NCBI GenBank assembly: GCA_031401615.1
Contig: JANNRS010000011.1
Span: 1-40,548, forward strand
Length of the DNA: 40,548 nucleotides
Reading direction: 5' to 3'
From: Minisyncoccota bacterium
GTDB lineage: Bacteria > Patescibacteriota > Minisyncoccia > Phycocordibacterales > UBA9973
This document shows positions 36,197-40,548 of this stretch, one piece after another. Under the pieces are notes generated by a model. The model searched no databases. It saw only the letters and a program-made list of their open reading frames with translations, and was not told where the DNA came from. Numbering within the stretch: position 1 is the stretch's first letter; the number at the start of each line of letters is the position of its first letter. The translations under genes were made by a program, and so were the position numbers.

Positions 36197-36459
36197 AACT
36201 AACCGACCAAGAATTAGGCGAGATTCGTGTGATGCACGATATTATCAAAAGAGAACAGTGGAAACTTGATCTTGTGAAAGTGAATACTGCCTTTGTGCCT
36301 AACGGACAGAAATGGACTAAACAACAGAAAGCAATCTTAAATTTACTCACTAACGAGAAAGAAAACTTTATCTCTCAATGTTGTAGGGCTAAAGGGGTAA
36401 AGGGTAAAATCTCAATAGATTTAGGGACGGGTGAAATAACTGAAAAAAAAGATGAATAA
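36193..36459 (+). CDS. Hypothetical protein
   Basis: ATGA overlap; ends IDLGTGEI. Confidence 0.6.
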   Translation: MKLTDQELGEIRVMHDIIKREQWKLDLVKVNTAFVPNGQKWTKQQKAILNLLTNEKENFISQCCRAKGVKGKISIDLGTGEITEKKDE

Positions 36460-36703
36460 AGAAAGTGCCACAAGATTGATGAATAGTCCAGATGGAAAGG
36501 TCTTAGTTGACTATCTTGCTAAAAAGGTTTTGGAATTGGACAACTGTAGAACAGGGCTAACTAATCCAGTGGAAGTTGCTATTGAAATGAAAGCTAGAGA
36601 GAAATCTATTGGTGTATTGGCAAGTATTTTAGACGGTTTACTTATAGGGAAAGAACAAGAATTTGAATTGTTTGATAAGAAAGAATACGCTATTGACGTA
36701 TAA
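36452..36703 (+). CDS. Hypothetical protein
   Basis: LMNSPDGKVLVDYL; small gene after the portal. Confidence 0.6.
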   Translation: MNKESATRLMNSPDGKVLVDYLAKKVLELDNCRTGLTNPVEVAIEMKAREKSIGVLASILDGLLIGKEQEFELFDKKEYAIDV

Positions 36704-36715
36704 TTTAACAGAGTA

Positions 36716-36724
36716 TGGTATAAT
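36716..36724 (+). promoter_or_regulatory. Extended -10 promoter of the scaffold/capsid unit
   Basis: TGGTATAAT. Confidence 0.6.
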
Positions 36725-36754
36725 ATAGATAACAATTATTATTAATTGATTTAG

Positions 36755-36940
36755 ATGGCAAAGAAAAAAGAAGGGGAAGTAAAAATCACCGAAGAGATTG
36801 TTGAAGAAACTAAGGTGGAAGAAACAAAAAAGAAAGGTAAGTTTGTAGTCTTGGACTCCAATGGTAAACCTGTTAGGGAAGTTGCTACAGAGGAAGAGGC
36901 GAAAGAACTTGCGAAAGTGTATGGAGGTAGATTGAAGTAA
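36755..36940 (+). CDS. Small charged protein
   Basis: 61 aa, Glu/Lys-rich. Confidence 0.65.
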   Translation: MAKKKEGEVKITEEIVEETKVEETKKKGKFVVLDSNGKPVREVATEEEAKELAKVYGGRLK

Positions 36941-37031
36941 ATTGACAACAAAATAATAAAGCACTACAAAACCCTTGGGAAAGTTAGCTAGTTTCCTAAA
37001 TAGTTTGGTAGTGCTTTCTGTTTAGGACACT

Positions 37032-37061
37032 AACCGACTCTCTCAAGGATGTCGGTTTTTT
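37032..37061 (+). terminator. Terminator/attenuator hairpin before the scaffold gene
   Basis: AACCGAC-12 nt-GTCGGTT followed by TTTT. Confidence 0.55.
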
Positions 37062-37099
37062 AATAAAAATAAGCCAAAATTGGCAAAATAATAATCCAA

Positions 37100-37726
37100 A
37101 TGGATGAAAACAAAAATACTCAAATTGAGTCCGCAGAAGAGTTAGAAGCGGAAAAACAACATCTAACAGAGGTAAAAGAGGACGATATAAGAAATCAAGT
37201 CATATCTGAATATGGTTTCGATGCAGATAATGATAATGATAAGGATAGAATTGACAAATTGGTACAAAAAGAAATGGGTTATAAAAAATCTCTTTCCACA
37301 GCAATTGGTCAGAAAAGAAAGTATCGGGATGAATTCACTAAACTGAAAACATCCGCTCCTAAAGTAGACGAGGGTAAGATAAATTTCAAACCCGAAGACC
37401 TTGAAAGCCACGTCAATGCAGCCCTTGAAAAACGAGATCTTGAAGCACTGGAATACCCAGATGACATCAAGAAGTCAATATCTCAAGTGTCTAAAATTGA
37501 AGGTGTATCTATCAGAAAAGCTATGTCCGATCCTTATGTAGCCGCTAAAATAGAGGCTTACAATAAGAAGAAGGATGCTGAAGAAGCCGCACTCGGTAGA
37601 ACTGATAAGAGCGGTAAAAAACAATCTAGTGAATCTGATACTCCCCCAAATGTTGATTTTTCAACTAAGGAGGGTAGAGATGAATACGATAAATGGAGAT
37701 CAGCACAGATAAAAGCTGGACACTAG
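37100..37726 (+). CDS. Putative scaffolding protein
   Basis: Charged helical 208 aa immediately before the capsid gene. Confidence 0.65.
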   Translation: MDENKNTQIESAEELEAEKQHLTEVKEDDIRNQVISEYGFDADNDNDKDRIDKLVQKEMGYKKSLSTAIGQKRKYRDEFTKLKTSAPKVDEGKINFKPEDLESHVNAALEKRDLEALEYPDDIKKSISQVSKIEGVSIRKAMSDPYVAAKIEAYNKKKDAEEAALGRTDKSGKKQSSESDTPPNVDFSTKEGRDEYDKWRSAQIKAGH

Positions 37727-37773
37727 AAGCTCTAAAGTTCTATTGAGGTTTAATAAAATTTAACCTTAATATA

Positions 37774-39003
37774 ATGACCAATTCCCTTTCTGATTTGAAT
37801 CCCGCATTTTGGGCAGCTGAATGTCAGCGTTCATTATTCGTGAATAACAACTCAATGTCCATTGCGAACATGCAACTCCGCAATCTTCTCGCAGGAGAAG
37901 GCCGTACGGCACACAGGACTATCTTGTCCTACCCTGCAACTGAAACTTATACACCGGGGACTGATATGACTAATGTGGCTCTAACTGGTTCTAAGGAAAC
38001 TTTGGAAGTTGATACTTTCAAGTCTGCTCTTATGACTGTAGATGACACAGAAGAAAGACAGTCTATCGTTGATTTAGGTTCCAAAGTGGCAATGAGAATG
38101 ATGAAAGCTCACAATAACATTGTAGAGCAGACAGTTCTTAACCAAATTAGCAACGCTCTTCATACCCTAGATGATGGTAATGTCGGAGGTACAAGTGGTA
38201 ACAATATGGTGTTGAACACTGATGTTATCCCTCAAGTATTTGTATCAGCAGACACTAAATTGGATGCGATTGACGCACCAAAAGCCGGTAGAACAGCGGT
38301 AGTCGGTACTCACTTTAAGAGATGGTTGAAACTCCAGCAAGCTGGTAGAGATACCGTCTTCGGTGATGGTGTTAACTCTAATGGTGTCGTAGCTAACTTG
38401 TTTGGCTGGGATATTGTTGAGTCAAACAACCTTCCTTTCACAGCTGTCCTTACAATGATCACTCAACCTACTAACGGTGATACAGTCACTATCGCAGGGG
38501 TAACAGTGACTCTACACGCTACTTTGATTGCTTCAGCTTGGGCTGATATCAGAACTGACGTAGATACCACTAGAACCTTCCTTCGTGACCTTATTAACTA
38601 TCAGAACGGCACAGGTGGTACTGTAGCTGGTACTGTAGGTACTGACTTCACAGATGTTTCGGCTGAAAACCGATTTATTTGGAGAAAGAGAAACCTGTTG
38701 GCAGTTGACTCACCAAGCGGTGATACCCTCACAATTACTGGAAACGGAGACATTGTAGTTTCTGAAACTCTAACGGCTGCGGCTGATGTTTGGGGTTCTC
38801 AAAGACAAGACTCTTTGTTTGGTATTCGTGGATGTATTGACTTGGTAGTTCAGATGCCTCCAAAGGTTGAAATTTCTCGTGTTCCTAAGCAATTTGCAGA
38901 CCACATCAAATCTATGGTTGGTCACGGTGTAAAAACCTTTGCTGATGGTGCTAGAGAAATGGTGCGTGCAAAGATTGATGCTTCAACTAATGATTGGTCT
39001 TAA
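37774..39003 (+). CDS. Major capsid protein (HK97 fold, P22-coat-like)
   Basis: 409 aa; NPAFWA..LDAIDAPKAGRTAVV..NGVVANLFGWDIVESNNLP..GHGVKTF. Confidence 0.82.
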   Translation: MTNSLSDLNPAFWAAECQRSLFVNNNSMSIANMQLRNLLAGEGRTAHRTILSYPATETYTPGTDMTNVALTGSKETLEVDTFKSALMTVDDTEERQSIVDLGSKVAMRMMKAHNNIVEQTVLNQISNALHTLDDGNVGGTSGNNMVLNTDVIPQVFVSADTKLDAIDAPKAGRTAVVGTHFKRWLKLQQAGRDTVFGDGVNSNGVVANLFGWDIVESNNLPFTAVLTMITQPTNGDTVTIAGVTVTLHATLIASAWADIRTDVDTTRTFLRDLINYQNGTGGTVAGTVGTDFTDVSAENRFIWRKRNLLAVDSPSGDTLTITGNGDIVVSETLTAAADVWGSQRQDSLFGIRGCIDLVVQMPPKVEISRVPKQFADHIKSMVGHGVKTFADGAREMVRAKIDASTNDWS

Positions 39004-39037
39004 TCGTAATACTTATTAGTAGATAATATCTAAAAAA

Positions 39038-39607
39038 ATGACTAACTCAAAAACAATTGGAATAGTCGCAATACTGATAGCGGTTATTGCTTTAGGTATT
39101 ACGATTTTCCACAAAGGAGCTATAGTAGCTCCTAGCCTAGCTGGTGTTGTTGAACAACAGAAAAAATCTTTTATTGAAGGATTTTTTGCTGGAGACAACA
39201 GACAGTTTGAAGTTTCAAGAAAAGGAACTTTGACGCAAGGTGGTGGAGTAAGGGCAACATCTACTTCTGGTTCAGCTGTACCACTTTTGGCTACAGACTT
39301 TGACACAGAAAACTTGATTGATGTAACACTAAACATCGTTGATGCTACTCTTTCATTCCCTGCAACTTCTACTCTACGAAGTTTTCTTCCTAATGCTGGC
39401 GATACTAGAAAATTGTTTATACGCAATGCTTCTACAACTGCCGCTATGGATTTAACTATAACGGGTGGTACTGGAGTGTTACTTAAAAACGCAAGTTCAA
39501 CAGCAGTTATTGTCGGAGATACAGATGGTGCTAACTTCGCGATCATAGAATTGATACGAAAAGCAAACACTGATATTGAAGCAATAATGACCCCTTTTAG
39601 GGATTAA
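39038..39607 (+). CDS. Putative minor capsid/decoration protein with N-terminal TM/signal
   Basis: Directly after the capsid gene; IGIVAILIAVIALGITIF; beta-rich body. Confidence 0.55.
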   Translation: MTNSKTIGIVAILIAVIALGITIFHKGAIVAPSLAGVVEQQKKSFIEGFFAGDNRQFEVSRKGTLTQGGGVRATSTSGSAVPLLATDFDTENLIDVTLNIVDATLSFPATSTLRSFLPNAGDTRKLFIRNASTTAAMDLTITGGTGVLLKNASSTAVIVGDTDGANFAIIELIRKANTDIEAIMTPFRD

Positions 39608-39655
39608 CTTGTGAACTAACTTAGGGGATAACATCCCTTAAGATTAGCTCGCAAG
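39608..39655. other. Long intergenic hairpin
   Basis: CTTGTGAACTAACTTAGGGGAT-AAC-ATCCCTTAAGATTAGCTCGCAAG. Confidence 0.6.
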
Positions 39656-39681
39656 AGATTATTAAAAATAACTTTATAAAA

Positions 39682-40203
39682 ATGAAAAAAATGTATTTAT
39701 TAGGGGTAATCGTAGCGATGTTCGTTACAATTTCTTCTGTAGTAATATTTACGGCAAATCTTGCTTATGGAAAGATAACAAGGGATATAACCACTCAACC
39801 GGCTGGTCGGTTCCAAGACCATTCTTTTTTCCAAGCAACAACTACAACAGCAACATCTACCAATCTCTCGGTTCCTGCTGATGGGGCTTTCCGTATTGCG
39901 GGGGCTAAAAAGGTTACTTTCTACTTCTCAAGAGGTGGAACTACAGGAGCTAACACAGGAACATCAAGGTTTGAATTGGAAGTATCGCCAGATGGTACGA
40001 ATTGGTACGATTTCAACAGAATGATGGTTGATAACACAGCTACTTCAACCGCTTGGACTTCAACCTCTACAGCGATAACTGCGGCTACTTCTACCGTAAT
40101 TGTAAGTATGGATCTGTTTAGAAATACTTTTTACGCAGTTAGATGTATCGTCTACGAAACAACAGATGGGGAACATACATGCAAAGCCACAGCTGAATTT
40201 TAA
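39682..40203 (+). CDS. Putative structural protein with a signal peptide
   Basis: MKKMYLLGVIVAMFVTISSVVIFTANLAYG; Thr-rich; EVSPDGTNWY beta domain. Confidence 0.6.
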   Translation: MKKMYLLGVIVAMFVTISSVVIFTANLAYGKITRDITTQPAGRFQDHSFFQATTTTATSTNLSVPADGAFRIAGAKKVTFYFSRGGTTGANTGTSRFELEVSPDGTNWYDFNRMMVDNTATSTAWTSTSTAITAATSTVIVSMDLFRNTFYAVRCIVYETTDGEHTCKATAEF

Positions 40204-40208
40204 CCAAC

Positions 40209-40548
40209 ATGCAATACAGCGATACTAGTGCAAATAAATCAGGTATCTTACAAGAATGTGAGAGCGATTTGTTTAGTGATAACTACGGAAAGATAACTGG
40301 TAATGCAAATCTTCTTGCTACTTTCACAAGAAACTGTAATAAAGGGGTAGATAAAGTTTCCTCTCTTATTATGAGAAATGATAATTCTTGGGAGTTTATG
40401 GATTCCAACTCAACAACTCTTCCTATTGAGGATCACGATTTAGTTTCAGGTCAATCTGATTATACCCTAGAAACAACCCACGCTAAAGTTTTAAAAGTCA
40501 GAGTAAAAGACTCAAACGGTAATTATGTAACGTTGAAAAATATATCCC
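40209..40548 (+). CDS. 5' part of putative head-tail adaptor (continues to 560)
   Basis: MQYSDTSANKSGILQECE.. open to the window end and in frame with 126..560. Confidence 0.7.
   Translation, partial: MQYSDTSANKSGILQECESDLFSDNYGKITGNANLLATFTRNCNKGVDKVSSLIMRNDNSWEFMDSNSTTLPIEDHDLVSGQSDYTLETTHAKVLKVRVKDSNGNYVTLKNIS
40408..40548. repeat. Terminal direct repeat, copy 2
   Basis: Identical to bases 1-141. Confidence 0.97.

Noticed and set aside
1-40548. Alternative genetic code; integrase/repressor module
   Set aside because: Core genes are intact in code 11 with all three stops used; no recombinase or CI-like motifs were recognised

Overview
The window is an apparently complete, circularly assembled ~40.4-kb low-GC tailed phage genome. 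Bases 1-141 repeat exactly at 40408-40548, and one gene runs across that join. Almost all genes are on the + strand, in podovirus-like order: terS, terL, portal, scaffold, capsid, adaptor, tail and ejection proteins, then a tail fibre with an S74 chaperone. These are followed by a lysis region with three papain-fold cysteine peptidases, a structured-RNA-rich control region, an initiator plus DnaB-like helicase, and RecT/YqaJ/Nin-like recombination genes. Three free-standing HNH endonucleases are inserted. I found no integrase, repressor, polymerase, reverse transcriptase, CRISPR array or canonical tRNA. SD-poor starts, TGGTATAAT promoters and Ser/Thr-rich surface-protein-like repeats suggest a Patescibacteria (CPR) host, by inference only. 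The main oddities are: (1) two unrelated tRNA-shaped RNAs without anticodon or CCA, each on a long extended stem (22126-22248, 25481-25687); (2) an ADP-ribosyltransferase-like cassette inside the 1419-aa putative ejection protein; (3) signal-peptide-like N-termini on several virion-module proteins; (4) a split initiator joinable at an A9 run; (5) several leaders with mutually exclusive stems. All calls come from reading by eye; no searches or folding programs were run.
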